Source: Ascoidea asiatica JCM 7603 (lineage: Eukaryota > Fungi > Ascomycota). From it: a DNA stretch of 43,550 nt. Every line of letters starts with the position of its first letter. Within the stretch, counting starts at the first letter, position 1. The notes below the pieces were generated by a model. That model was not told the DNA's origin. It ran no database searches and worked only from the letters and a program-made list of their open reading frames with translations. The stretch covers positions 219 to 43,768 of the forward strand of contig BCKQ01000004.1 of assembly GCA_001600695.1 (NCBI GenBank). Reading direction: 5' to 3'. Of this stretch, positions 10,901 to 22,661 are shown piece after piece. The translations under genes and the position numbers were made by a program.

Positions 10901-13900
10901 AACTACCAGGAACAATTAATTCAACTTTCTTCATTGCTATTTCGAAATCTCAAAGGGCCATTAGTATATCTTTCTTCATTTTTTGTTCATCAAGTTTTAA
11001 ATTCATTAACGACGATTCGCTTGAAGGAAAATCGATTGATCGATCCTTCTTATGTTAAAAAGTACGGTATTAATGAGAAGTGTTGGGGTGGATTTCAATT
11101 TGATGATAGACGATTTTCGGAGGAAAATTTAAATTTTGATTGGTACATTCCTAATAGGAAAGAAATAGATTTTGCTGTAAAGTTTTTTACTTTTCACGTG
11201 GATGAATCCTTGCAAGCAATTGACAATTTAATGAATAAGAGATCAAATTCTGAAGACCCCAGTTTTTCCGATCTTGAATTTTCAGATTCTGTTAGAAAAA
11301 ATTTATCTTACTTGAGCCATTCTCTTTCCGGTATTAGTTGTTTATTGGATCCCAATTTTGACGAGAAGTTATTAATTAACAACAATAATAGTACCACTAA
11401 TATAATAGGGCAACTTAATAGTAAGAGAAATATTCAGCCTCAAATACTAAGTAATAAGCTTTCCATGCTTAGTAAAATAAGAATGGACTACTCAGCTACG
11501 CCAAATTTTGTGGAAGAACACACGCCTTTTACATCATCAAGTAACTTAGTTTCTGTTGCAAATGAAAAGCAGGAACAACCATCAAATGATTTGGACGCGG
11601 AGCAAAATACTGTTGACTCTACGGTAAATCAAAATGAAGAAGAAACCTTGATGGAAGAGTTTTCAATATTAGATGGCCTTAATATTGATTCTGTTAGAAT
11701 GACTCCTTCAGTTTCGAGTTCGAGCAATCTCAACATTACGGGAGAAAACCTCAATAACGAAATTGAGTCCGGAGATGGTTTTATGACACCTTTGGGAAAT
11801 CCATCTGTAACAGACCGAGAAGCTAAGCTATATAACTGTAACTATTTTTTTGGTGATGATAACTACTCTAAGTATAACGATGATTTATATGTGAAGGTTA
11901 ATCAAACGCACAAAAAAATAGGAAATAAATTTCATCAATATTTTCAATTTTTAACTAAGCATAATTCAAATGATGTTAAATTAATCTCTATGCTTTTGTA
12001 CTGTTTAGATATTTGGTTCTGCGATGTTGGCTTGGAGGTAACCTTAAGAGATTTGGATGATACTAAAATATCTTATAAACTTATGAGTGAGTTTCAAAGC
12101 ATATACAAGGTTCGAAAGCCATATACTAGAATAACTTTAGGTGCTAGAATAATGAGATATCATCGTCAAAGATGCTCGTTACATGCTAATAGCAGATTTC
12201 AGTGTAGTTCAGATACACTACTTTTAAATGACTTGGTAGATATGTGTAAATCCATGTATTCAGAAATAGCACTGTCCGCTCAAAATGTTTTGGCTGATGC
12301 GATGAAAAAAGTTCTGGGTTCATATAGAGTAATTCAAACTTTTTTATTTTCTCCCGTATATGACGGTAACCAGTGTTTTTTGAAAACGGTAACGGGAAAA
12401 GAAGTAAAGATAATCAAGAATCTATTAGGTTTATTTCAGTATAGGAAGATAAAAAAAAATGTGTTTTCAGATTTTAAAAATTTTGTACCCTTTACTGAAT
12501 TTCTTACATCATGTCTCTCCTCGAATGACCCTCCAATCAATGATTTAGCTTTTGTGATATATAAGGACTTTATTAATTCGATTAAAATTCCTAGCTCTGT
12601 TTGTTTGATTAATTTCAAAGAAATTGATTGTATTAAGCCTCCAGATGAGTTCGTGAAGTGTGATATACAAGCAGTAAAAGCTGCTAAAAAGACGAAACGA
12701 TTATTTTATCTTAGTCAACTTAAATTCTTACAAAAATTCATTTATTCGTTGGAAACCAAGAAACTCAATCATTGGAAGTTATCACTTTTGAATATCAACT
12801 TATTGGTTAATTTACAAAGCGATGTGGATGTTGAAACTAACATGGATGTATTTCTGTTATTGGCGCAAAAATCAGTTATGAGACATCCTGTTATTTCCAG
12901 TACTTGCATCAATGGATTAACTAAATTATTTGATAAAATTATTACTTTATCAATGAACGATTATAATATCCAAGGAAGGTTTGATCTTTATTGCTTACCA
13001 AAGGAATTCATGAAAGTCAATACTTCATTTAACGACAACTCAAGCTTTTCGAGAGACTTTTTCAATGAGATGAATAATGTTGGAAATCCAAACTTTTTTA
13101 TCGACAATAGGGCACATGTGGGATGGCTTTTCTGGGGAGATATCTTAGAAGCAATCAAACCACAAAGCTTTGTTAAAATGGCATTAAAGAAACATGAAGT
13201 TGACCTCTTGAAGAATCTCGATAAATTGTTAACAAAGGATTGGTTTGATAAATTAATAAACTTATCCATTCATAGTAACTACATTAAATCATCTTTTCAA
13301 GTATCGCACGTTTATTTAATTGTAATGGTTGTTCATTTGATATCTTCTGAATTTCTTTCAAATGTGACTTATCAAGATCTTCTTGACATTTTAGTAAAGA
13401 CATATGATCGAGATGAAAAGGGTTCGCATATAGTGACATGTGAAATAATATGTGGACTCTTAATTGCTACAAAATATACTGCTCAAAAATTTCTCAATAG
13501 TCGTGATGAGACATTGAAACATCTTTTATACACAATTTTGAATAAGGACTTAAATCCAGAGAATAGTACTGTATGGAAAATATTTTCATGGTGGATACCT
13601 GCTCATGCTGACACAAGAAGGTTCGATGAAGTTATCAAAATTTTAACTGATTTTCCACTTGATATCAAATCAAACTCAGGTGTAATTCAGGCAATAAGAT
13701 TAAAGTACCTCAAATCTTTTATTTCGACGATAACTTGGAAATATAACGGAAAAGAAAAGATATTGGATTTGTTATTAGAAAATATTACTTTCCCATTTGA
13801 AGCTGTCAGAAAAGAGATAGGTGGATTGTTATACGTTACAATTTTTTCCTTTTTGAATGAATCATTTCCTGATTTGGAGAGTTTTGTAGAGTCAAACAAT

Positions 13901-14854
13901 GTGTACTCTACAGGAAGGGCCCCATATTCTTTACCTTCAAATGTTAGTATGAAATTGAAAGCCATGTTTATAAAAGTGGAATCTTTTCGTTGCTCTCTTT
14001 CCAAAAAATTGGAGCTGGTAGATATTATGGGATCAAATTATATTCACGCTTCAAAAACCATTATATCTTGGCTAAACCAAATGACAAAGTCTTGTGCTTG
14101 TCTTTGTATTGTGGACTTAATACCAGACTATATTTTCCCATTTTTACTCAAATTAGCATCTATGCGGGATGTTTGTAAGATGAATAATATTGATCTAACT
14201 CCAATAATGATAAGAATTGCTCAAATACCTTATACAAAAGAGCAATTAAAACTGATTGTTCAAGTAATAATAAAAATCGGTGATAAATACTCAGGGAGTT
14301 GGCACGAGTTGCTTCGATTGATAGTCTTTGTCGAAGTATTTTATTTTAAGCAAAGCTTAAATCTATTAAACATTTCAAGAAGTAATTTGTTTGAATTCAT
14401 TTTGTCCTTGGTGTTTAATAGTAATTTGGAGGTCAGAGAACTTGCCAGTAACACACTTTCAGGTATGATACACGTTGCTCCGGAGTTACTTCGTGAATCT
14501 CTCATAGAGGATTGTATTAAAAAGTTCAGTAGGGTATTGACTAAAAAGCGAATTAAAGGAAGAAAAATTTCAAATGAGTTAATTGTCAAATTGCATGCAT
14601 CGGTCTTAGGTCTTGGTTCATTAATAGCTGCATATCCATATATTTCACCCCCTCCATCATGGATTCCAAGGGTTATAAGTATATTAGCTGATAATTCTGC
14701 TTTTTATCCAGGAATTGTTGACAAAACTGCAAAAGAGATTCTTAGCAACTTCAAGAATACTAGACAGGATACTTGGAGAGTTGACTGTAGAGCTTTCTCT
14801 CCAGAACAACTAGAGGATCTTGAGGGAGTGTTATGGAAGAGTTACTTTGTTTGA
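7940..14854 (+). CDS. BLM10: Proteasome activator Blm10/PA200 (2304 aa)
   Basis: Size plus the motifs LLPYKTE, YLHPSNTGDW, IDSNDLNKT, WGGFQFDDRRF, FDWYIP and VLGLGSLIAAYPY..PP.WIP, and the C-terminal LEDLEGVLWKSYFV. Confidence 0.96.
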   Translation: MASDSSDKKRGDVETSSIEDSLSPNSIPKTSGNSSLRPDSLINPSNNLIVHSSTNLPANSSVNPSISSISSNFNPNSKPSRNSSFNNLNIIGNNLPNDLISSPTPIRNSFNFLSPSKFRPLTPSLLSNSNNPTRNSSPFNIHQSYSPLQKQGTGDSIYSSINPIEQLRLEYYNLDYPKSDDYLVNTLFLDENSRFFARKQKRNLNLSKLLPYKTEKSLDQSKYLSHIVSHLYIAIYSLDIQGAISISSKDLNFNGIKKISPFSSENEKNANNSHDMFEVIDHSDTDSDDSSDEESSEDDDDLELGTLSSSSAFSNSKRSSAIVNVRHWTSELKTWLKMKNTMPISLRIALAKVYYYLCLTRGQPIALSAYVDMFVLLVKNDVYTIKKKGLKLDYMPLFKEFENNFPHPESSYDKLNKSIHRNLMKLSLYSNFFFDDSKFTIDDIFLKCLSRYSIQTASLSLSSIYSLLPCSNNYVLKYFPSLFFIWSSTVKIKNVDSHLTSLLARICEFQLNEASMNSKLENVNTEIFGNFGYFTSEQVDVIFTNLLNSLKILTNKFGSNASSTFYSGYATLIVYSINGCKSLNDDGIFFKLSNLVDIIETYLHPSNTGDWTTAITQFISALITQYIKRYNLEKFDLLKKLPEDNKLNQKTTARFIEILLPKLLVGVQSKLEIVSRLYIIGLSSLCYLSPRLILNSVLLDFYESLTNDQTPNHRLMAVIKQFTHLGRFFVSTKLFRVHVVKLLSLTIPAIDSNDLNKTYCCLMLILTLASFMPFADLSKSSADEDEGFIDPGLANEVIEGHLLVLESNSYLKETSDFSKKKDFTIDEETERKALISSTMGFEYLVSEFVYKLFPLIENLPEPSKKEMNNESAIQKCLAQTISILCESLSDDLFLLFANKFVDFLKRGTYFNANEIVADICGLIVKRDPEKFLPLFMEYFIPRIYENISENEAGKSRSGIDILPRDQPLFCYIAIINSCAHYSFGAILNYQEQLIQLSSLLFRNLKGPLVYLSSFFVHQVLNSLTTIRLKENRLIDPSYVKKYGINEKCWGGFQFDDRRFSEENLNFDWYIPNRKEIDFAVKFFTFHVDESLQAIDNLMNKRSNSEDPSFSDLEFSDSVRKNLSYLSHSLSGISCLLDPNFDEKLLINNNNSTTNIIGQLNSKRNIQPQILSNKLSMLSKIRMDYSATPNFVEEHTPFTSSSNLVSVANEKQEQPSNDLDAEQNTVDSTVNQNEEETLMEEFSILDGLNIDSVRMTPSVSSSSNLNITGENLNNEIESGDGFMTPLGNPSVTDREAKLYNCNYFFGDDNYSKYNDDLYVKVNQTHKKIGNKFHQYFQFLTKHNSNDVKLISMLLYCLDIWFCDVGLEVTLRDLDDTKISYKLMSEFQSIYKVRKPYTRITLGARIMRYHRQRCSLHANSRFQCSSDTLLLNDLVDMCKSMYSEIALSAQNVLADAMKKVLGSYRVIQTFLFSPVYDGNQCFLKTVTGKEVKIIKNLLGLFQYRKIKKNVFSDFKNFVPFTEFLTSCLSSNDPPINDLAFVIYKDFINSIKIPSSVCLINFKEIDCIKPPDEFVKCDIQAVKAAKKTKRLFYLSQLKFLQKFIYSLETKKLNHWKLSLLNINLLVNLQSDVDVETNMDVFLLLAQKSVMRHPVISSTCINGLTKLFDKIITLSMNDYNIQGRFDLYCLPKEFMKVNTSFNDNSSFSRDFFNEMNNVGNPNFFIDNRAHVGWLFWGDILEAIKPQSFVKMALKKHEVDLLKNLDKLLTKDWFDKLINLSIHSNYIKSSFQVSHVYLIVMVVHLISSEFLSNVTYQDLLDILVKTYDRDEKGSHIVTCEIICGLLIATKYTAQKFLNSRDETLKHLLYTILNKDLNPENSTVWKIFSWWIPAHADTRRFDEVIKILTDFPLDIKSNSGVIQAIRLKYLKSFISTITWKYNGKEKILDLLLENITFPFEAVRKEIGGLLYVTIFSFLNESFPDLESFVESNNVYSTGRAPYSLPSNVSMKLKAMFIKVESFRCSLSKKLELVDIMGSNYIHASKTIISWLNQMTKSCACLCIVDLIPDYIFPFLLKLASMRDVCKMNNIDLTPIMIRIAQIPYTKEQLKLIVQVIIKIGDKYSGSWHELLRLIVFVEVFYFKQSLNLLNISRSNLFEFILSLVFNSNLEVRELASNTLSGMIHVAPELLRESLIEDCIKKFSRVLTKKRIKGRKISNELIVKLHASVLGLGSLIAAYPYISPPPSWIPRVISILADNSAFYPGIVDKTAKEILSNFKNTRQDTWRVDCRAFSPEQLEDLEGVLWKSYFV

Positions 14855-15307
14855 ATCCTCCAGCTATCGAGTTTGGTTTAAATTTTTATATATTTGTATT
14901 ATATATTTTTACTCAAAATAATAAATTACTGAATAAGTAGAATTTGTAAGTTCATTCATTCGAAAAATATTTTAGTTTCTCGTGATATTTTCTAATCATT
15001 TATTACCAACCCCAGAAACAAACTTTGGCCATTTCTATTACGTTAGTTGGGTTTATTAAGGTCGTTCGTTTTTTTAAAGTGAAGTATTTTGATTCACAAA
15101 TTTCCATAAATAATTCCGGCATTCCAAGATTTGATCCGTTATCCTTTGAAAACATTTAATACTTGTAATATCAGCAATACTATTTTGCATAGTAAATATT
15201 CGTATCTCAGTTTTTAATTTTTGTTTATTTAAAAGAATTTCAAGAAATAATCTTCTTCAAAAATCAACAAACTCTCAAAAGTATCAAGACAACTTTCGTA
15301 ATTTTAA

Positions 15308-18202
15308 ATGAAAACGTTATTAACAAATATAGAAAAACTTAAAAATTCTCCAGATCTTGTTCAATTGGATAGGCTTTTACTATTGTTTATTCATCATGAA
15401 GAGGATTTGAAGAAGTCTTATTCAATTAATTACAAATTAATCACTACTCTTTCTTCATTTACAATCAATCAAGTCTACGCTTTATTAGGAAACTCAGAAG
15501 TTGATAAAGAAGAAAATAGTTACAATAATTCTGATAACTTCAAGATAAAAAAAAAACTTTCAAAATTGTTTGCCAATCCCCTTGGAATTGCACATATTGT
15601 GAATTTATTAAACCAGGATTCAAATAATAGTTTATTTTTATGTTTTGTGGATTTACTTTATAATATATTGATAAATAATAATCCTCGGTTTAATATAATC
15701 TTGAATTGCTTAAGTTACAATAATTATTCCAAACAATCTTTATACAATTTAAATTTCAATCAAGTAAAGTCAATATTTTTTGGAAGTAAACTATTACAGT
15801 CGGTCAATAAGCACTCAAAAATTCCTGAAAAGTATAATGTATTTACTGATATGAATTCCTATTTGAGGTTGTTTCTCAGTCAGGAACTAGTCTCTTTGGT
15901 AGAGTTTGGGAAAAGAGTTCTCAACGTTAAAGAAAATAACACTTCAAAGCTCTGTTCTTCTTTTCTACTATTACATCAAAATTCTCCAAGTATTTTATGC
16001 CAGAGAATGTTGTGCCCATTTTCCGTATTTACAAAGTTCGTAGATGTATTTAACTTAATTCCAAATAGTGGATCGCTTTTTGTGAGAAAATTATTACCAG
16101 TAATAAGAAAAACTTTTGGAAAAGAAGTTGCTCTACTATCTTGCTGTTTAAGTAAATTTTATTTGGCTGAAAATATTACTTTGGTAAATGAATCCCTAGT
16201 TTCTTCATTGGATTCTTCCAGATTGTGTGATGATTTCTGTCTACCGCTTTCTATTATATTATCCATAAAATTTCTTAATAAGGCATCATTAATGTCGAAA
16301 TTATTTTTAGATGTTATAGTAAAAGTTTGGTCAGATGCAAACTTTTTGAAGAGCTCTACAGTTTTCAATCAGACTAGAATAACGCAGTTTGTTTACATCT
16401 ATTTAGAAGTTTTTGAAATCTTATTCAAAGAAAATCATTTTGATATAAAGTTTTTAGCCGATATTTTAATTAATCCTGTATTTATAAATTCAATATCTTT
16501 AAGACTCGACTCTCTAGATGAAAGAGTAAGATTCCAAGGGATCATTATAGTTGAAAAAATTTCTAGTCTTTGTTCTCAAATGGATAAAAACAAACCTACA
16601 ATGCAAATTACTTTTGGTCTCCAGTATACGGAAGATCACTTGAAAGAGTTAATTACTATTGAAAAAAATGAGCTCAATAAATTTATTTTGAACGCGATGC
16701 TGGCATGCAAAAATATGTTAAATTTGTCTAAAAAAGAGTTACTCTCTTTGTTCGATAATTTTCTTAAAAAAAAATTGTTAGTGAAAAATGAAAGTGGGAT
16801 AATAATAGAGGGAAAAAGAAGTTCATTTTTAGCTCAACCCCAGAAATTGGTGAATAAAAATGGTTTGAAAAAACTTTATCAATCGTATTTTAGCGAAGAC
16901 AGTGATGATGATAATTTTTCAGACAGCAATTATGACGATCCAACAATTCTAATTAATTCGAATTCTTTCTATCCCAAACCTGTTTATGTTAAGGATTTAC
17001 TATTATATTTGAATGATAATACTTCTATAGAAAAAAGACGTATAGGGTTAAAAGCATGTTCCAAATTGTTGTTATTGAAATCAATGAAGTTTTCGAAGGA
17101 GTTGGAATTTTACTCTAAACAGTTGCTTTCCACATTGATAAATATATCTACCGAATCTTTCGAATTAGACAAAAAAGAAAAAGACTTTGATTTCGAAAGT
17201 TTAAGATTAAAAGCTATTGTTTCTTGTATGGTGACAAATTATAATGAAATACCTTTTTATGCAATAGGTCTCATAAATTCCAAAAAACTTACTCTCCATC
17301 AGAGATTAATCATATTTACGTCACTAGGGTTGGCTGCGCGTGAACTTCGAGGATTTGAAGATGATATGGTTGAAATGAGGAATGATATTCTGAATGAAGA
17401 TCATATAGGAAGTAAGCTTTTACCACCAAATTCCCATTTGCAGTTTCTTTCCATTGACCATCAATTGAATGAAACAAAAAAGATTGACCGTCGGGAAATT
17501 GATATTTTGTCTAATCAGTTATCAGCTAAATTGATGAATTTGAATGGGGATAATAATCATCCTGAAATATTTGAACCTCCCTATGGGCTGTTTTTGGAAA
17601 TGGAGTCTTTCAAAGATTCAAAAAGCTCCTTTCAAACTTCATCAGGCTCATTAACTCCTTTTCTTTCTGGAAGCCTAAAGAAAGACAGATACTCAAAAAT
17701 CTCGGGAAAAGAATTCATATTTCCATTTTTGAAAATATGGAGTTCACTTTCAAATGATATACAGTTACAATCAACGAGTGATAATGGGCACCTCGGAAAT
17801 GATTCTTTTGCAATCATTCTTTTAGATCAATATTTAAGAACATTATGTTTGCTTGTTCATGCAGCCTATCCCTCCAGTATTGACTTAACTCAGATTGTCA
17901 GGGAAATTTTACAACTTTTACATTCATTGAAATACTTATCATTTAAAAACGAGTCTGATAATCAAAAAATCCTTGAATCACATTTATTGGTTTTGTTTGT
18001 AATTTTGGAATGTTCTTCAGAACAGTTGCTAGTAAATGACTTTTGGGAAATGCTCGTGAGCTATAAAGTTTGGTTGGAGTCCCAATTTGAAAATGTCGAA
18101 AAAAATTCTATGAAAGAAAAGTCTTCTATGCTTATAATTAATTGTTATATTATTATTAAAAAACTAGTAGAAAGTCGGATAGTATCGTTCATTTCTCTAT
18201 AA
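15308..18202 (+). CDS. TEL2: Telomere length regulation protein Tel2 (TTT co-chaperone), 964 aa
   Basis: FINSISLRLDS...RFQGIIIVE, an acidic DSDDD linker, KPVYVKDLLLYL and LTLHQRLIIFTSLGLAARELRG are typical of Tel2. Confidence 0.88.
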   Translation: MKTLLTNIEKLKNSPDLVQLDRLLLLFIHHEEDLKKSYSINYKLITTLSSFTINQVYALLGNSEVDKEENSYNNSDNFKIKKKLSKLFANPLGIAHIVNLLNQDSNNSLFLCFVDLLYNILINNNPRFNIILNCLSYNNYSKQSLYNLNFNQVKSIFFGSKLLQSVNKHSKIPEKYNVFTDMNSYLRLFLSQELVSLVEFGKRVLNVKENNTSKLCSSFLLLHQNSPSILCQRMLCPFSVFTKFVDVFNLIPNSGSLFVRKLLPVIRKTFGKEVALLSCCLSKFYLAENITLVNESLVSSLDSSRLCDDFCLPLSIILSIKFLNKASLMSKLFLDVIVKVWSDANFLKSSTVFNQTRITQFVYIYLEVFEILFKENHFDIKFLADILINPVFINSISLRLDSLDERVRFQGIIIVEKISSLCSQMDKNKPTMQITFGLQYTEDHLKELITIEKNELNKFILNAMLACKNMLNLSKKELLSLFDNFLKKKLLVKNESGIIIEGKRSSFLAQPQKLVNKNGLKKLYQSYFSEDSDDDNFSDSNYDDPTILINSNSFYPKPVYVKDLLLYLNDNTSIEKRRIGLKACSKLLLLKSMKFSKELEFYSKQLLSTLINISTESFELDKKEKDFDFESLRLKAIVSCMVTNYNEIPFYAIGLINSKKLTLHQRLIIFTSLGLAARELRGFEDDMVEMRNDILNEDHIGSKLLPPNSHLQFLSIDHQLNETKKIDRREIDILSNQLSAKLMNLNGDNNHPEIFEPPYGLFLEMESFKDSKSSFQTSSGSLTPFLSGSLKKDRYSKISGKEFIFPFLKIWSSLSNDIQLQSTSDNGHLGNDSFAIILLDQYLRTLCLLVHAAYPSSIDLTQIVREILQLLHSLKYLSFKNESDNQKILESHLLVLFVILECSSEQLLVNDFWEMLVSYKVWLESQFENVEKNSMKEKSSMLIINCYIIIKKLVESRIVSFISL

Positions 18203-18314
18203 CATCTTAAGTAAAATAATCTTCTTTTCTAAATTTATAAATTATAAATACATAACCGAAAATTTAAAATGTAAGGGTGAAATAATAAAATAGAAAAAAA
18301 AAAACAGACTTTCG

Positions 18315-20259
18315 CTAAAGATGTAAATCAGACAAAATTTGATCTGCCAACTTCTTATAAGACCAAGCATTTCCTGTTAATTTTTTGAATTGAACCCCAA
18401 AAAGCCCTAAAAATGGAATCTTAATAATATAAATTTCGAACTTCAAAGGAGTTCTATGAATAGGTGTAGTCTTATTTTTGTTCTGTTCATACCTGCTAGA
18501 CAAAATCATATCGCTTGTACCTAAATTCAATGAATCTAAGGAGGCGTTAGACTCTAAACTGTTATCATGCACAGTCATACCCCCCGGTGAGTTGGGGGAA
18601 CAAACAAGGGGAGTTGTTGGGATATTTGGAATATTGGAGAACCCACCATTACTGCTGATATTCGAAACATTAGAATGCCTCTTGAAACCTATACTAAACC
18701 GTCTTCTATGAGATGTAGTTGACTTTCCACCACTACTAATAGCTGAAGTAACATCTTTATCAGAGGAAGACGAATGATTAGAATGATTAGAAAATGAACC
18801 TTTTTTAGATATGCTAACAGATCTTCTTATACTAGGAGAATGTTCACATACAAACCCACCTTTTACCTCAAGATAGGCAACATTGAGCTTCTCCAAACAA
18901 TTTATAATGCTTTGTCTAATAATCGGTGCTGCCTTAGAAGAAGTAGTCTGAACACTAAAGAATCCTTTTAGATATACTGTTTTTGGAAACTGAATAGAAA
19001 GCATAGAACCAATTGGTGCCTTATCTGCTTTATCGATGATTTTTCCCTCGTCATATAAACTTGGGTCATCAACAAATCCCGTCCTAGAAGATTGCATAAG
19101 ACTTTCAACATTACCAGGAAGTGGAGGTACCTCTGACAGTAAATTATTTTTTTTATTAATATTGAGGCCTGATGAATCTCTTCTAGAGTGTCCCACTGAT
19201 TTTGCCCTTGCAGAAGGATGGTACCGCTTTGGAGTCTGTGGAAGAGGATTTTCAATGAATCCATTTTCTTGATTATTATAATTAGCAGCTGACATACTCA
19301 CAGTTCTTCCATGAGCAGACTTTACTTTGCGGATATTTTTTGCAGAATTCTGACTATATTGAGTATTAATTTTAAGAGAGCCAGTCTTCTGAGATAAAGA
19401 ATTCATATCAGGATAAGTTATATTTGCCTTAGAATTACTTGAAGCTCCCTGAGCCTTTTGAACAACAATATTTGGAAGCGCAGGAACTGGAGGGGCATTT
19501 TGATCTACATATTGTGGATGGAAAAGTGGTTTACTAAGAGACCGGCGATGACCACTTAACCTTCTAATTAAACCATTAATTCCACTATTTGATTTACTAT
19601 GATTGCTCGTTCCATACATATGAACTGATTTAGATCGCTTGGGAGATAATTGATCTGGTAATGGTCTAGCACTTTTTGATAAACTATTTGTTGAATTTCC
19701 AGTTTTCTGAGAGGCTGAGGTTGAAACAATAGATGGCGCAAGTCCAGAAGTATGTGCTGCCTCGGGAAATTCCAAAACCAATTTTGAAATGTCAGTTCCT
19801 GGGTTCAAGGAGGAAGTGTCATGTTCCTTTTTAACGGAATCTTGACGCTTAGAATCAACATCAACTTGATCCAATTTTTGTTCTTGATAATTTTGAGATT
19901 GAGAAGGCAAAGATTGACTATCAACGAATGGATTAGCGCTCATTGAGTTGGCTCTTTTTTTTATTGAATCAATCACTTTTGGATGCTGATCCTTAAAATT
20001 CAAAGTTGCTTTATTTGGGTCAACAGGATTAAAAGTGGTTGCAAAGGTAGATGAAAGAGGTTTAGGCAATTTATCATTGGATAATTTGAAATAAGTGTCA
20101 GGTTGAGTAGCAATTGAAGTAATAGTAGCCTTTTCATCTGGAGATAAATCAGAGATTTTTACTGTTTTTGATGGAGGATGTTGGGTGTTTGAGTCATTGG
20201 CCGTAGAAATACTTGTAACTTTATAAGTTGCAGCATTTTCATGAAAATTTGGTTGCTCA

Positions 20260-20308
<49 letters not shown>

Positions 20309-22372
20309 CTTGATATTGCTGATGTTGTTCTTGATATTGCTGATGTTGCTGTTGCTGATATAAATATAGTTGCTGAGAACTGACTCTATTCATATTTGTT
20401 GCTTGCTCTTTAGCCCTTCTTCGCTTTTTCATTTCATCGACCAAATAGTACATAGAAACTAAAGGATGAAAACTTATAGTTGGATCCAAATCAAGAACTT
20501 CAATTTCAGCTTCACTATGGAATCCAAAAGTGTTTGATATTTTTTCTTCTCTTGCATACCATTTGGCAGTAGCAGACTGATATTCCTCAGACGAAATTAA
20601 ACTAGTTAACTCACGAATTAATGGATAAACCTTGCCAAGTTCCAAATGAACCATCTCCATGATGACTTCTTTATCCAAGGGAAGTTTTAGTGGTATCCTT
20701 AATGGAACGTAAGAATTCGGAGGGCCTTCATAACCTTTGTTCATCCAACGATGTAATCTTATTTCATACAATGTTCCCCTTTTATTGGGATTCACAACAA
20801 GCATTCTAGATAATATCGATATACAATCCTCAGATAGAGTTGGAGGGTACTGAACATTTCCTTTTTTGATTTTTTCATGAAGTACAGACACACTTTGATC
20901 ATCAAAGGGAACTCTGCCGCAGACTAAAACATACAAAACAACTCCAAAAGACCAAACATCTACTTCTGGGCCTGTGTAAGGATGCGCAGATAATAATTCA
21001 GGGGCAGCAAAATAAAGGGAACCGCAGTAAGTTTTTAAAAGTTTACCCTTAGCAAAAAGATTGGACAACCCAAAATCAATAATTTTGATATCTCCATTTT
21101 TTGATATCATTATGTTTTCAATTTTCAAATCCCTATGAACAACATTATTTTTATGTAAATAATCAAGAGCAGAAGCTATACCTCTTGCAAATTTTCTAGC
21201 ATGTCTTTCTTTAAGAGATCCATGACTTACAATATAGTCCAACATTTGGCCACCCGAGACATATTCAAAAAGCATATAATAGTGATTTGTCATTGGAATC
21301 ATTTCGAATAATCTACATATATAGGGGTGATATAGAATTCTACCTAGAGCGGCTTCTCTTACAGTTCTTCTATCCCTAGCATATTCTTTTTCTAGTTCTT
21401 TTCTTCTGGTTGATACTTCTGAGTTATCTCTTGGAGGTGGATCGTTAACATGAGCTCTATGATATAATTTTAAAGCTCTTGGAACGATTTTGACAGCACA
21501 AACTTCATTTGTACGACGATGTTTGGCAACTTTTACTTTTCCCATTGAACCTGCTCCTATTGTTTTATTGAACTCCCAATCACCAATAGAACGACGATGA
21601 AAAGGAGTTTGAACCTGGGATTTTGATGGGGGTTCTTGTGATTGTTGCTGTTGAGATTCTTGTGGTTGCTGTTGTGGATTTTGGGGTTGAGTTTGAGGTT
21701 GCTGTTGAGACTGAGATTGATGTTGATGCTGAGATTGATGATGAGTTTGAGGTTGGGATTGAGATTGAGGATTGTCATCGTTATTGATTTGGGGTGGTGG
21801 CAATAGAGAGCTATCATCTCTTTTTGGCTGGGATTGAGCATTTATATCTGAAGTATATTTTTTGATCTCTTTTTGATTATCTTTATCATCTTTATTATTT
21901 TTATTGTTTTCGTCATCTAGGTTATTTTGATTATCCTGAGCATTAGAGGAGATTTGACTAGATAGAGCAGCTTGTTTTTTGAATTCTAATGGGGACGAAT
22001 TTTGATTGTCAGGTATAGAACTGGAATGAGGAGGAAACTGCTTTGAATTTTGATAATTATAATGATTATTTGAATTTGCGTTGATTATATCATCGGGAAC
22101 TTGAGATTGGAATTGTTGTTTATTCAATCTTCCATTGCTAGCATTTTTTAACATTCTAGGAGTAGCAGGAACAGAACTCAATGATCGAGATTGAATTGCA
22201 TTTGCATTAAGACTATTGTTAATACTTTCATTGTTATCATTATAATCATCATTGTTATTATTATTAATATAATTAATATCATCATTTCCATTATTGCTAT
22301 CATTATTGTTAGAAATATCATCAATATTATCCTTGTTTTTAAAATTCTTCACTAAGTTATAATTATTACTGA

Positions 22373-22420
<48 letters not shown>

Positions 22421-22578
22421 AGTTATTTATAGCGTTATTGGGAATTGAGTTCGAGTTAAAATTTTGGTTTTGAAATTGATTTGGAGTGGTAATATTAGGA
22501 TTGACAAAAACATTTTGAGGAAGATATGCTTGAATATAATCAATGTTTTCAGAGGCATTGATATTATTGATGTTACTT

Positions 22579-22609
<31 letters not shown>

Positions 22610-22661
22610 CATTATTATTATTAGAACTCATATTATGAGAGATATTCTTATTATTATCCAT
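18315..22661 (-). CDS. KIN1: PAR-1/MARK-family kinase Kin1/Kin2 with C-terminal KA1 domain (1448 aa)
   Basis: FHRRSIGDWEF..TIGAGSMGKVK, RDRRTVREAALG, VVHRDLKIEN, DFG, KTYCGSLYFAAPE, KGFFSVQTTS and the KA1 region PLKFEIYIIKIPFLGLFGVQFKKLTGNAW. KIN1 and KIN2 cannot be separated here. The start may instead be the second Met. Confidence 0.94.
20261..20357 (-). repeat. (CAA)n polyglutamine microsatellite with adjacent QQYQEQH repeats in KIN1/2
   Basis: Long (GTT)n run on the + strand followed by a duplicated 21-bp unit. Confidence 0.95.
22375..22418 (-). repeat. (AAT)n polyasparagine microsatellite in KIN1/2; further runs at ~22580-22622
   Basis: Pure (TTA)n run on the + strand. Confidence 0.95.
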
